IMG/VR virus record: IMGVR_UViG_2599185311_000001
Coordinates: 1,978-65,977 of that record
Reading direction: 5' to 3' (one strand)
DNA length: 64,000 nucleotides
From: a virus
Below, one piece after another: positions 9,066 through 18,707 of the stretch. Numbering within the stretch: position 1 is the stretch's first letter; every line of letters begins with the position of its first letter. The notes beneath the pieces were generated by a model, which was not told the DNA's origin, made no database searches, and saw only the letters and a program-made list of their open reading frames with translations. Position numbers and translations under genes: made by a program.

Positions 9066-10626
9066 TGGAGCCTCCTGTGGACAGTGAGCGATAGCCGATG
9101 CGCGAACTCACCGCCAGGGCCGGTTGATTGGTCTGTGGTGGGTCGGCGCGCAACCCGGCCGGCGCATTTTCGAAGCGCACGGTCAGGCCGCCTTCGAGTT
9201 GCGTACGATTGTTCGCCGCGCTTTGTTGCACCAGGGCGCTGGAGGTTTGTGGCAAGGTACCCGGCGCCAGCGAGGTCTTCGCCGGAACGTTGGCGGATGC
9301 TGGCGCCAGGCTGGACGACAGGCCCGGAGGCTGCTCGTTGGACGCGCCAAAAAACGCCGGCGCCAGCTCACCTTTGCCTTCGGCGTTGGTGGCGCGCTGC
9401 GCCTCGGTCAAGCCCTCGACCTTGCCGGTGAACGAGGTGATCATCTCGCCGAAGCCGCCGTTGAAAAACGCCTTGATCGGCGCGATCACCGCCTGCAACT
9501 CGTTCCACCACTGGCTGAACCACTCGCCCACCGGCCCCCACTGCTTGACGAGACCCTCGATGGGTGACCAGTCGAACAGGCCGCTGAACACCGCCAGCAT
9601 GATTGACACCTGGTTGCGCACGCCCTCCCAGATCCCGGCGAAGACTTCACCGATCGTGCCCCAGTTGGCCATGATCAGTCCCAACGGCGTCCAGTCGAAC
9701 AGGCCTTTCAAGGCGTCCATCACCGGCACGGTCAAGGCCTTGAGCAGGTCCCAGATCGCCGCGAACAACCCGGTCAGGGGCGCCCAATTGGCAACGATCA
9801 AGCCCAAGGGTGACCAGGCGAACAACGTCTGCATGAAACCGATGACCGGCGTTGCCGCCGCCACGATCACATTCCAGAGTGCGCCAAAAAAGCTGCTGAT
9901 CGGCCCCCAGTTGCTGATCACCTGCCCCATCGGGGTAAAGGCGAACATCGTCTTGAAGAACTCGACCATCGGCAGGACGATCGGCGCAAGCCTCTGCCAG
10001 AGTCCGGCGAAGAACGCTGAAATCGGCTCCCAATGGGCGATGATCATCCCGGCCGCCAAGGCGATGCCCATGGCAATCAAGCCGATGGGGTTCATCTTCA
10101 AGGCCAGGTTCACCACTTCGAACGCCTGGCTCGCGCCGCTGACCGCCATCTGAATCGCGTTGAACGCCACGACGCCATTCGCCAGGCCCTGTACCAGTTG
10201 CGGGTTGTCCTGCAGCACCTGGGCCACGCCGCTGACCATGGGCTGTAAACTGACCGCCACTGCGTTGACCGCTGGCCCCAAGGCCGAGCCGAACTGCACC
10301 GACACGTTACTGATGGAAGTCTTCAATCCATCCAGGTTCTGTGCCGCTACACGGGACGCTTCAGGGGCCTGGACGGCGCTGGCCGCCGCGCTCGCGGCGC
10401 CCGCTTCGTCCTTGAAGGCCAGCGCCGACTTGAGCCCGTCCATAAAGGGCTGGGCCAGGCCGCCGCTGGGCAACAGACCGGAAATATCCAGGCTGCCCAG
10501 ACCCGTGGCGTCGAGGTTCTGCTTGAAACTCGCGACCTTCGCACGAAGGCCGGCGAGCTTGGGTGACAGCTCGTCGATGCCCGTCAGCAGCACCGCTTTT
10601 CTCTCTACCTTTTGTGTGTCTGCCAT
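9052..10626 (-). CDS. Tape measure protein of the Mu-like module (~524 aa)
   Basis: Ala/Leu-rich with W-periodic repeats (WSPLGLI..NW); downstream of the tail chaperone. Confidence 0.85.
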   Translation of the reverse strand: MADTQKVERKAVLLTGIDELSPKLAGLRAKVASFKQNLDATGLGSLDISGLLPSGGLAQPFMDGLKSALAFKDEAGAASAAASAVQAPEASRVAAQNLDGLKTSISNVSVQFGSALGPAVNAVAVSLQPMVSGVAQVLQDNPQLVQGLANGVVAFNAIQMAVSGASQAFEVVNLALKMNPIGLIAMGIALAAGMIIAHWEPISAFFAGLWQRLAPIVLPMVEFFKTMFAFTPMGQVISNWGPISSFFGALWNVIVAAATPVIGFMQTLFAWSPLGLIVANWAPLTGLFAAIWDLLKALTVPVMDALKGLFDWTPLGLIMANWGTIGEVFAGIWEGVRNQVSIMLAVFSGLFDWSPIEGLVKQWGPVGEWFSQWWNELQAVIAPIKAFFNGGFGEMITSFTGKVEGLTEAQRATNAEGKGELAPAFFGASNEQPPGLSSSLAPASANVPAKTSLAPGTLPQTSSALVQQSAANNRTQLEGGLTVRFENAPAGLRADPPQTNQPALAVSSRIGYRSLSTGGSNELA

Positions 10627-10796
10627 CACTGCACCTGCTGCATCGCATTGATCCGTTGCGCGTGCTCCAGAGATTCGCGGAGCACATCCAGTGGCCTGGC
10701 CATCATCTGTTCGGGGTCAACCTTCCAGAACCAAGCCAGGTCATAGGCGGCGGCGATCAGGTCGCCGATGGCTGCGACGCCGCACTCATGAAAAAA
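10626..10796 (-). CDS. -1 frameshift extension of the tail assembly chaperone (GT/E'-like)
   Basis: G TTT TTT at 10791-10797; the -1 frame reads HECGVAAIGDLIAAAYDLAWFWKVDPEQMM...QVQ* and ends on the tape-measure start. Confidence 0.7.
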   Translation of the reverse strand, partial: FFHECGVAAIGDLIAAAYDLAWFWKVDPEQMMARPLDVLRESLEHAQRINAMQQVQ

Positions 10797-11053
10797 CTCG
10801 CGACGGCCCAGCTCAGGGCGTTGAGGTCAGCCAGGTCCAACTGGTTGACCGACGACGGTGGGATGCCGGCGCACACCGCGATGTATTTGGCCGCGACGTC
10901 CATGTCCAGGCTCACCTCCTCGCTCTTGTCGATCTTGTAGGGCAGCGCCTTGATCGCCCGGACCTCTTGCACCGTCGGACGGCGCAGGGTGAGTTCGCTC
11001 AGCGGCTCGCCGTGGGCCTCGATGGCCACGCGCAGCGTCACGACATCGGTCAT
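10757..11053 (-). CDS. Tail assembly chaperone
   Basis: Between tube and tape measure; LTLRRPTVQEVR..LDLADL motif. Confidence 0.85.
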   Translation of the reverse strand: MTDVVTLRVAIEAHGEPLSELTLRRPTVQEVRAIKALPYKIDKSEEVSLDMDVAAKYIAVCAGIPPSSVNQLDLADLNALSWAVASFFMSAASQPSAT

Positions 11054-11397
11054 TGCCAAGTCCCCTTGATGCCTTCGAATTTCAGCTCGATGGTGGCGTC
11101 GTCACCCTTGGACACCGGCTCTTCCACCAGGTAGGCGCCGGCCAACACATAGACCTTGCCGTTGTTGAATTCGCAGGTGACGGTCATGTCGGTGCCGGCG
11201 ACCAGCTGCTTGAGCGGGAAGTCCGCGGTGTGCAGGGCCGTCACCTTGAAGGACGGGGCGATGTCGGTTTCCTTGTAGAAACCCGGTACGACGGTTTCGC
11301 GTTTGGTGAACATCAGTGGCGCTTCGCAGCCGCCATTGATGGTCAATTGAGCGCCGTCCACTTTGACGTAGCAGGTGCCCGCAATCAGTTGACCCAT
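11050..11397 (-). CDS. Tail tube protein (Mu-like)
   Basis: MGQLIAGTCYVKVDG; follows the sheath gene. Confidence 0.88.
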   Translation of the reverse strand: MGQLIAGTCYVKVDGAQLTINGGCEAPLMFTKRETVVPGFYKETDIAPSFKVTALHTADFPLKQLVAGTDMTVTCEFNNGKVYVLAGAYLVEEPVSKGDDATIELKFEGIKGTWQ

Positions 11398-11464
11398 GGT
11401 GTTTCTCCCTTCAAATAAAAAGCCCACGCAAGATGGGCTGAATGCATGCGACTGAGTGCTACCG

Positions 11465-12961
11465 TCAGGCGGCGTCGTCGTATTGCAGGCGGAATTGGTT
11501 GAGTAGCGCGAACACCCGCAGGCCGTTGATGTAGTCCGGTGGGAACAGCACATTGACCCGGCTCGGGTCCTGGCTGTCACGCTCGACGACCAGGTGTTCG
11601 GCGAACAGTTCGGCGTTTTCCACGTGGCCTTCCAGTTCGAGCTTGGCGTATTGCGCGATCAGTTCGCCGCGGATGGTGCTCGGGGTCACGATGGGCTGGC
11701 CGGCGCCGAAACGGGTACCGTCGGAGGCCAGTTTGTGGCGGCCGTACTTGCTGGTGATCACGCTTTGCAGACGGCGCACGATGAACGCCGACTGGTGCAT
11801 GGTTTCGCTGTCCAGGTAGGAGTTGTCAGCCTGGCCGAAGGCATTCTTCTGATACGTGGTGATGGAGCGCTGGATGCGTACGTAGCCACCTTCGTAATAT
11901 GCCGTGGCGATGCCATAGTTGAGCAGCGACTGGCGCTCGGTCAGGGTGAAACGCTCGCTGGCCGGTGCCGGGTCCAGGCCTGGCAGGCTGCCGCTTTGGG
12001 TCGGACGGCTGGCGTCGGCGGAGATGAACACCGCCGTGCGAGCCGCCAAGGCAGCGGCCTGGACCCAGAACGGTTGCGGTACGCCCAGCTCCAGGGCCTG
12101 GAGGGTCATGTGCTGGTCGTTGCGCGCCTGTCCGGCGGCAACCAGGGTACCAATGGTGCCGCGCTTGGCGCTGTAGACATGGCCGAACAACTGCTTGGCC
12201 CAGGACCAGCGGCCGGTGTTGTCGTCCATGACCGCTTGCCAGGTGTTGAGGCTCGCCACGTCGGACCAGGGCATGGCGATGAATTCGAAAGGCTCGTCGC
12301 CCAGGGCCGCGACGGCAGCGGTCTGGTCCGGCACACCGGCGCCCCCGGTCATCGCGTTGATGGCAGTGGTCAGCCCCGCCGGGGTGTCTTCGCCATTGCT
12401 CTTGCCCAGGCGATTGAACTGCAGGCTGATGTCGTTGCCGCTGTCGCCGGTCCATTTGGCGCTGAGCGTCACGACGCCTTCGGCGGCCACAGCGGTCACC
12501 GGCAGGTCGGCGGCGGCGTTGATTTTCAAGGCCAGCGCAGTGGCGGCCTGGGCCGCCGTGGCACCGTTGACGATGGCGGCCTGGACGCGCACACCGCCGA
12601 CGTACAGGTTGAGCACACCGCTTTCAGTCGCGGTGCCGGTGAAGGTCAGCACGCCCTTGGCGATGGCGCCTTCGACGTTGTGCAGCGGCAGGCACCAGAT
12701 TTCACCGAGCGGGTCGGTCTTGCGCCAGGTTTCGTACATCGAGGCAAGCATCGAGCCTTGCCCGCCGATGTTCTTGGCCAGCGCGACGCTGGACACCAGC
12801 ACCAGTTTGCCGACATCGGCCGGGGCGACATTGTCGTTGACCTGGGCGACGATCAACCGGCGCATGGCCGATGACGCACTATTGGCCGCCGAGTTGTCCA
12901 TTTCGGCGTAGAACAGCGGAACACGAATGTCCGCGGGAATGTTGCTGAATCCGATCGCCAT
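11465..12961 (-). CDS. Tail sheath protein (Mu gpL-like)
   Basis: MAIGFSNIPADIRVPLFYAE.. and C-terminal RVNVLFPPDYINGLRVFA. Confidence 0.92.
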   Translation of the reverse strand: MAIGFSNIPADIRVPLFYAEMDNSAANSASSAMRRLIVAQVNDNVAPADVGKLVLVSSVALAKNIGGQGSMLASMYETWRKTDPLGEIWCLPLHNVEGAIAKGVLTFTGTATESGVLNLYVGGVRVQAAIVNGATAAQAATALALKINAAADLPVTAVAAEGVVTLSAKWTGDSGNDISLQFNRLGKSNGEDTPAGLTTAINAMTGGAGVPDQTAAVAALGDEPFEFIAMPWSDVASLNTWQAVMDDNTGRWSWAKQLFGHVYSAKRGTIGTLVAAGQARNDQHMTLQALELGVPQPFWVQAAALAARTAVFISADASRPTQSGSLPGLDPAPASERFTLTERQSLLNYGIATAYYEGGYVRIQRSITTYQKNAFGQADNSYLDSETMHQSAFIVRRLQSVITSKYGRHKLASDGTRFGAGQPIVTPSTIRGELIAQYAKLELEGHVENAELFAEHLVVERDSQDPSRVNVLFPPDYINGLRVFALLNQFRLQYDDAA

Positions 12962-13143
12962 TATTTGGCTCCCTGTGGTTTGGCCGCTTTCACGGCTTTG
13001 GTAGTGATATCGCCATCGGCCAGACGTCGACGCCACCAGGCGTTGTCCGGCACTTCACGGCCCTCGAGGGGCAACAGATCGCCCGCTTCCGGGTCCGGTA
13101 CGGCACGGCCCGGGGCCGGCAGCACGGTGATGCGTTTGCTCAT
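12961..13143 (-). CDS. Small Mu-like tail protein (DUF2635-like)
   Basis: PAPGRAVPDPE..WWRRRLADGD motif immediately upstream of the sheath gene. Confidence 0.8.
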   Translation of the reverse strand: MSKRITVLPAPGRAVPDPEAGDLLPLEGREVPDNAWWRRRLADGDITTKAVKAAKPQGAK

Positions 13144-13724
13144 GGGGTTACGTCTCCAGAGAAAGTCAGTTCCACGCGCCCGTCGGGGCCGGGACGTTTC
13201 AGGTTGGGGTCCGCCGGGTCGATGGCATCGACCCGCACGGTGGCCCCGGTAAAGGACGACAAGCCGTCCAGTTCACGCTCGTGCCAGCTTTCGGCAGGCT
13301 GGCTCGCCAGATTGCGGCCCAGCTGGAACTCGGCGAAAAAACGCAGCCGGTACACCACACGGCTGCTGTTGAGGGAAACCAGCTCACCGCCGTCGTACTC
13401 GATGCCGGTGTACTCAGCGCCCGGCTTGAACCCCACCAGCGCCCGCCACAGTTCGGCCCGCAGGTCGTGCAACAGATCCAGCGCTTTTGTCGCGTCAGTG
13501 GCGTCGAGCACCAGCACGGCATCGAAGCGATCACGCACCGCTTGCAGCGTGACGTTCTGAGCCGCGCTCTTGCTGGCGATGTCGGCGGTGGGCAGGACAT
13601 AGGCGCAGGGGGTTTGCAGCGGGGTCTCGGCTTGCAGCGTGGCGAGGTCAAAACATGCGGCCACACGCTGGGCAAGCGTCGGACATTGCTCACGCAACTG
13701 CGTGAGGATCGGTGTGATCTTCAT
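13140..13724 (-). CDS. Tail terminator/completion protein (Mu gp37-like)
   Basis: First gene of the Mu-like module; ELWRALVGFKP motif; start placed downstream of the REP. Confidence 0.75.
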   Translation of the reverse strand: MKITPILTQLREQCPTLAQRVAACFDLATLQAETPLQTPCAYVLPTADIASKSAAQNVTLQAVRDRFDAVLVLDATDATKALDLLHDLRAELWRALVGFKPGAEYTGIEYDGGELVSLNSSRVVYRLRFFAEFQLGRNLASQPAESWHERELDGLSSFTGATVRVDAIDPADPNLKRPGPDGRVELTFSGDVTP

Positions 13725-13759
13725 GGGGGACTCCAGTATCTGAAGGTGCGAGTCTCCCC

Positions 13760-13986
13760 TGTGGGAGCGGGCTTGCTCGCGAAAGCGGTGGGTCAGGCAG
13801 CATTGATGTCGGATGTGCCGGCGTCTTCGCGAGCAAGCCCGCTCCCACAGGAGGACTCGGTTGGGCGCAAAGGTATGTGCAACGCTGAACAAAAACTGTG
13901 GGAGCGGGCTTGCTCGCGATGGCGGCGTGTCAGTCAGTGCAAATGTTGAATGTCAGAGCACAATCGCGAGCAGGCTCGCTCCCACA
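13760..13986. repeat. Two REP doublets at the junction of the two tailocin modules
   Basis: Inverted REP pairs at 13760-13849 and 13897-13986. Confidence 0.9.
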
Positions 13987-13998
13987 GGGACGATGAGG

Positions 13999-15015
13999 TC
14001 AGGCCCTGGCATCCAGGCAGGTCGCGTCAATCTTGCAGCGATAGCTGTTTGCACGGTCACCGGAGGCGGTGACTTTATCGATCGACCAGCGACCACGCAT
14101 GAAGTCCGGCCAGGAGGGGTCCAGCAGCACGATGCCTTCCGCCGACAGCCCCGGGTTGCCCGGGCATTCGATCTTCACCTTGAGTGCTTCGCGCATCATC
14201 CGACGCACCTCCCCTTCACCGGCGGCGCGGGCATCGTTGGCGCTCTGGAAACGTTGGCGCAGGGTCTTGAACGGCGCGATGCCGCTCTCCTCCACTCGCA
14301 ATGTGCCGGTTGCCGCGTCCCACCAACGGGTCTTGCAACCCTGGTATTTCGCCCGGGCGGTTTCATCAAGGACGGCCGAGATAAAAGCCTGGTCGCCTGG
14401 ACGATTATTCGTCGTCACCGACAGTTTGATTTGCGGCAGGACTTTGCCCGACAACGACTTCGCCTGACCGCGTCGCGCCAGTACATACAACTCGTTGACC
14501 GGCTTGGCGACCGCGTCATAACGGTGAGCCAGGCGCGTCAGGAACCCCATATCGGTTTCGTTGGACTGGTCGATGTGTTCGATCTTAATCAGCGACAAGT
14601 CCGGCGCCACACGGGGAGAAAAGCCATGCCTGGAGGTCAATTGACGAAACAGCGCGCCCAAGGTCGTCGGGCCATGGCTGACGGAGCGGCGCTGCTTGAA
14701 TCCGGTCTGGTCCGCCGCACTGAACGGCGCGGCCATGGCCACCAAGGTCAGGCGCAACGGGAACAGCGTCGGCGTGCGCCGGATAATGACGAACTCGCCC
14801 TTGTCCACCAACCCCGACTCCAGATAACCGACCCGCAGACCGATTTTCCCGCCCAGGCTGGGCAAGCCTTCAAGCCCCTCCAGGCTGATCGTCAACGTCA
14901 GTTGGTCGGACTCGATTCCCGCCGCATCGACGTGGCTCCAACTGAGCAATCGTTCGTTGAGCAGCGCGGCGTTCGCGCCATAAATTTCCACCGCAGGCGT
15001 GAAACCCAATGACAT
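13999..15015 (-). CDS. Late control D-like baseplate hub protein (P2 gpD-like)
   Basis: IEHIDQSNETDMGFLTRLA motif. Confidence 0.88.
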   Translation of the reverse strand: MSLGFTPAVEIYGANAALLNERLLSWSHVDAAGIESDQLTLTISLEGLEGLPSLGGKIGLRVGYLESGLVDKGEFVIIRRTPTLFPLRLTLVAMAAPFSAADQTGFKQRRSVSHGPTTLGALFRQLTSRHGFSPRVAPDLSLIKIEHIDQSNETDMGFLTRLAHRYDAVAKPVNELYVLARRGQAKSLSGKVLPQIKLSVTTNNRPGDQAFISAVLDETARAKYQGCKTRWWDAATGTLRVEESGIAPFKTLRQRFQSANDARAAGEGEVRRMMREALKVKIECPGNPGLSAEGIVLLDPSWPDFMRGRWSIDKVTASGDRANSYRCKIDATCLDARA

Positions 15016-15024
15016 GTCGCCTCC

Positions 15025-15237
15025 TTAATCCCAGGCCGAAACCGGTGGGGTTGCCACGGGTTTGAGGTCCACTTCCGGCAAGACAACCCATACGCCCGCC
15101 GACAATACCGGGCCCCATTCAGCCAACTCCGGATTGAGCAGCCAGAGCGCCTCCTCGACGATATCGTCACAACGCTCCAGCTCTCGGTACAGCAACAGAT
15201 TCACCGAGTCACCGGCGATACTTCGAACCCTACGCAT
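15025..15237 (-). CDS. Tail protein X (P2 gpX-like)
   Basis: SIAGDSVNLLLYR..LLNPELA..GVWVVLP; synteny U-X-D. Confidence 0.85.
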   Translation of the reverse strand: MRRVRSIAGDSVNLLLYRELERCDDIVEEALWLLNPELAEWGPVLSAGVWVVLPEVDLKPVATPPVSAWD

Positions 15238-15616
15238 TGGCGAACTCCATCAATTCAACCACCCAGCCGACCACCATCGCCGTGCCGTCATCGATGATTT
15301 CGGTCTGGGTTTCCGTGACCTTGTTGATCTGCCACAGACCCCAGTTGCGACCGATGCCATCGACCAGCGGCAGCGGGATGCGCTGCGCCTGCAATGCGCG
15401 CAGCTCATCGAGACGATCCATGGCAGTCGCGTACATCGACTTGCCCGTGATCGTCAGCCCTTGCAGGCCTTGGCCGATCTGGCTGGACTTGGGTTTACTG
15501 GTGAGAATGTCGATGCTTTTCCAGCCACCGTCCGACGTGTGTACCAACTGGTGGTACGCAAACTTTCTCGACAGCCCAAAGATGAAACTGCCGAGTGCCA
15601 TTTGTTGACGCATCAC
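15230..15616 (-). CDS. Tail protein U (P2 gpU-like)
   Basis: MALGSFIF..PLPLVDGIGRNWGLWQI motif. Confidence 0.88.
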   Translation of the reverse strand: MMRQQMALGSFIFGLSRKFAYHQLVHTSDGGWKSIDILTSKPKSSQIGQGLQGLTITGKSMYATAMDRLDELRALQAQRIPLPLVDGIGRNWGLWQINKVTETQTEIIDDGTAMVVGWVVELMEFANA

Positions 15617-17793
15617 GTACCTCCGTCGGTCAGGGCGGCGTCACTGCGCATGGCCAGTGGGCTGGGCATGGTCGTTAAGCCGAATTGGCCCGAGAGCTGC
15701 TGCACGACCAGGTTGGCCAACTGACTGGCACTGGCCTGATCCTGGCCGTTGATGTAGATGTTCGCGGTCATGGTGTTCTGCTGTGTGGTTGTCTGGGTGC
15801 TGGCCAGGTCTTTGCTGATCTGGTCTGGAGCGGCGAGCCTGTCGGCGGGGGCGACGAGTTTTTCACCCAGGGACGCGCCGACATCGCTCCCCAGCCAGCC
15901 GCCCAGCAGCCCGCCAATCACCCCCCCGATGGCAGTGCCGATCACCGGAACGACACTGCCCAAAGCGGCACCGGCCGCAGACCCCGCAGCAGCGCCTGCC
16001 CAGCCGCCACCCGCGGCTCCGAGGCCTGCGCCCATCATCCGTTTGTCGCCGGTCAGCACACCCTCGGCCACATCAGCGACGGCGCCGACGGCTTTCAATG
16101 GGCCGGGTGCGTTGCGCGTCATCGAGCGTAATGAGGCCGTGGGCCCGAATGAAAAACGCCCTGCGCCTCCCCGCGAGCCTCGTGTACTGACGCGTATTTT
16201 CGGCCCTCTCGTGGATTCGGGACGCTGGCTGGCATTGCTTGTATCCAGCTTGTCCCCAGGAGGATTTTTCCTGAAGTCCTCGGAGATCACCTCGCCCAGT
16301 CGGCCGGGAAGGTGCGGAGCGGCCTTGCCCAACACCCGCTTGGCCACCTGATTGGACATCTCATCCGCTACGGCCTTGAGCAGCGCCCCCACCAGCGGTT
16401 TGATCGCCGCCCCCAGCAGCACAATGGCCGCGGTGGCTTTAGGGGAGGACTCAGCCAACTCACTCAGGCCATCGGTCAGCGAGCCCAGCCACTGAAACGA
16501 GTTGTCCGCCACAGGCATCAGGGCGTTTCCCGTGGTCACCGACAAACGCTCGTTACGGGCATTGAGGATGTTCAACTGGCCTTGCCGGGTGTTCGACAGC
16601 GCCAACGCGTCCTGCCGCACCGAGCCGTCGTTGCCCAATTGCGACGTGGCGTATTGGCCTGGGTCTTTCACCTGCGAGAAGGCGGCGTTCACATCGGGCA
16701 GTTTCTGCGCCATGCGCAGCACCGCCTCATCGCCATTGCCGAATAGTGTGGCGGCAAGGGTCGAGCGCTTTTCGGCCGGTTGCGCGTTCAACGCCGCCAG
16801 CACCGTCATCACCGTGCCAGGCGCGGTGTCCTTATCACGCAAACCGCTCGCCACCGCCTTGGGCTCCAGGCCCAGCTGTTTCCAGGCCATTTGCTCGGTG
16901 GCGGAAGTCTGGTCAGCCTTGCCCAGGGCCGTCGTGAAACTATCCAGCGCCACACCGGCTTCAGCTTGTTGGGTACCGGTATTGAGCAACGCCGCCGTCA
17001 ACGCTGCGGCTTGTGCAGGGGCCAGGCCTGCCGCCGTCGCCGCCGCACCGTCACGCTGCAAGACCGCACCGATCTCAGCCGGTTTCGCCCCATCGGGTAG
17101 CTTGCCCAACTGGTTGGCGGCATCCGCCAAGTCAAAGGCTTCGGCACCGCTGAGCTTCATGGAAATGCGCCAGTCGGCCAGCATTTCGGCGGCCTTCATG
17201 GCCGGCATCTCGAACGCCGTTGCAGTGACGCCAGCGTCCGAGGCAAAACGCGACAGTGCCAACTGCCGCTCAGAGGCATCGTGCACATCGCTACCGATGC
17301 CTTTGCTGGCCGCCAGGCTTTGCATCCTCACCACTTCAACCGCCGTGGTGCCCCTGGCCGCCACCAGCGGTGCGGTGGCGATCTGCTGGGTTGACTCAGC
17401 CACCTGTTGAACCTGGCGCGGCCCGAATTGGGTGGCCTTTTTCAGATCGGCCATGGCCGAATCCATCGCTATCGCGGGTTTGAGCAACGCCGGTGGTTCG
17501 ATACCGCCACTCGGCTTGCCCTTTGGCTCACTGGCCGACTCGCCCTTGGCGTCGGCGCCCATCGTTTGGGAAAGCAATCGTTGCGCCGACAGCTTCACGG
17601 TCAGCGACTCGATTGCCGTGGTCAGCAGGCCGAGCTTGAGCCCGAGTGTTTCCAGCGCCAGATCGAGGCTTGCCAGTTGATCCCTGGCGAACGCGCCTTG
17701 CGCCGACACGCCACTGGTGAGGCTGGTATTACCGAACGCCAACCCACTCTCGTTGAAGGCTGCGTATTTGAGCGAATATCTATCGTCCGCCAT
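15613..17793 (-). CDS. Tape measure protein of the P2-like module (726 aa)
   Basis: Ala-rich; FASDAGVTATAFEM motif; Gly-rich hydrophobic C-terminal segment. Confidence 0.88.
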   Translation of the reverse strand: MADDRYSLKYAAFNESGLAFGNTSLTSGVSAQGAFARDQLASLDLALETLGLKLGLLTTAIESLTVKLSAQRLLSQTMGADAKGESASEPKGKPSGGIEPPALLKPAIAMDSAMADLKKATQFGPRQVQQVAESTQQIATAPLVAARGTTAVEVVRMQSLAASKGIGSDVHDASERQLALSRFASDAGVTATAFEMPAMKAAEMLADWRISMKLSGAEAFDLADAANQLGKLPDGAKPAEIGAVLQRDGAAATAAGLAPAQAAALTAALLNTGTQQAEAGVALDSFTTALGKADQTSATEQMAWKQLGLEPKAVASGLRDKDTAPGTVMTVLAALNAQPAEKRSTLAATLFGNGDEAVLRMAQKLPDVNAAFSQVKDPGQYATSQLGNDGSVRQDALALSNTRQGQLNILNARNERLSVTTGNALMPVADNSFQWLGSLTDGLSELAESSPKATAAIVLLGAAIKPLVGALLKAVADEMSNQVAKRVLGKAAPHLPGRLGEVISEDFRKNPPGDKLDTSNASQRPESTRGPKIRVSTRGSRGGAGRFSFGPTASLRSMTRNAPGPLKAVGAVADVAEGVLTGDKRMMGAGLGAAGGGWAGAAAGSAAGAALGSVVPVIGTAIGGVIGGLLGGWLGSDVGASLGEKLVAPADRLAAPDQISKDLASTQTTTQQNTMTANIYINGQDQASASQLANLVVQQLSGQFGLTTMPSPLAMRSDAALTDGGT

Positions 17794-17799
17794 CCCGCT

Positions 17800-17970
17800 C
17801 TACTCCTGTTTCACGCCAAGGCGAGTGATCGCGATGTCGTAGCGGCGCAAGGCCTTGCCGGCGTCCCACTCCAGGATTTCCGCCTCACTTACCGAGTAAA
17901 TGAGCGGCACCACATCGAGGATCACTTCGATGTCGCGCTCCGAAAGAAGTCCGCCGGTTTGTTTAAAAAA
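17800..17970 (-). CDS. -1 frameshift extension (E') of the tail chaperone
   Basis: GAT TTT TTA AAC slippery sequence at ~17961-17972; the -1 frame FFKQTGGLLSERDIEVILDVVP..KQE* ends just before the tape measure. Confidence 0.7.
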   Translation of the reverse strand, partial: FFKQTGGLLSERDIEVILDVVPLIYSVSEAEILEWDAGKALRRYDIAITRLGVKQE

Positions 17971-18497
17971 TCGTCGATGCGCACCTGCAACTGGGTCCAG
18001 TCGGGCACGGTCAGCCGGTCGAGATCGGGAATCATCAGGCCGGTGCAATGGGCGGTGATGAACTCGGCGCGTTCCTTGGCCGTCTTCAGTTTTTTCATCG
18101 CCTTGGTGGCCCGCAGCACCGGCATTTCCAGGGTCAGCGAAGTCATGCTGCGCCCCGCGACGTCGAGCGGTTGCAGCAGCTGTACCTGGTCAGGGTCGGC
18201 GGGTGCGCCGGCCACCTGTTCCAGGAAGTGGGACGTCGGAAGGGTGGACATTTCATGCACGTATTGCGCAATGCTCACGTAGTCCGGGCGCTTGAGCTGG
18301 TCGAGTTCCTTGACCGACAGCCCCGTGGCCAGTTTGGCCAACTCGAAGAACTGATCGTCTTCGTCATCGCCGGCACGGGCCAGGGCGTCTTTTTGCGCGG
18401 CGTAGTACAGCGGCTTGAGGGTGAGTTGCTCGATCTGTGTTTCGTCGTCACCGGTGATCGGCGACAGCAAGACGTGAACGGGAGGCGTCCAGGACAT
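17922..18497 (-). CDS. Tail assembly chaperone (P2 gpE-like)
   Basis: Two internal repeats (LDQLKRPDY / LDRLTVPDW); between tube and tape measure. Confidence 0.82.
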   Translation of the reverse strand: MSWTPPVHVLLSPITGDDETQIEQLTLKPLYYAAQKDALARAGDDEDDQFFELAKLATGLSVKELDQLKRPDYVSIAQYVHEMSTLPTSHFLEQVAGAPADPDQVQLLQPLDVAGRSMTSLTLEMPVLRATKAMKKLKTAKERAEFITAHCTGLMIPDLDRLTVPDWTQLQVRIDDFLNKPADFFRSATSK

Positions 18498-18575
18498 GGA
18501 ATCAGTTCCTTGATGAATACTGGGAAGGCGCAACACGGGGCAGTAATCGCAAATCTCTGGCTGGGCGGATTCCCC

Positions 18576-18665
18576 TGTGGGAGCGGGCTTGCTCGCGAAA
18601 GCGGTGGGTCAGGCAACATTAATGTTGGATGTGCTGGCGCATTCGCGAGCAAGCCCGCTCCCACA
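18576..18665. repeat. REP doublet
   Basis: Same inverted REP pair as at 6675. Confidence 0.9.
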
Positions 18666-18707
18666 GGGACTGCGTTTAACTGACCGGCATTGCGAGTACT
18701 GCGGTGT

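Noticed and set aside
13760-13986. Repeat-spacer-repeat pattern as a CRISPR array
   Set aside because: The repeats are inverted REP pairs dispersed through the window; there are no direct-repeat arrays or cas genes.
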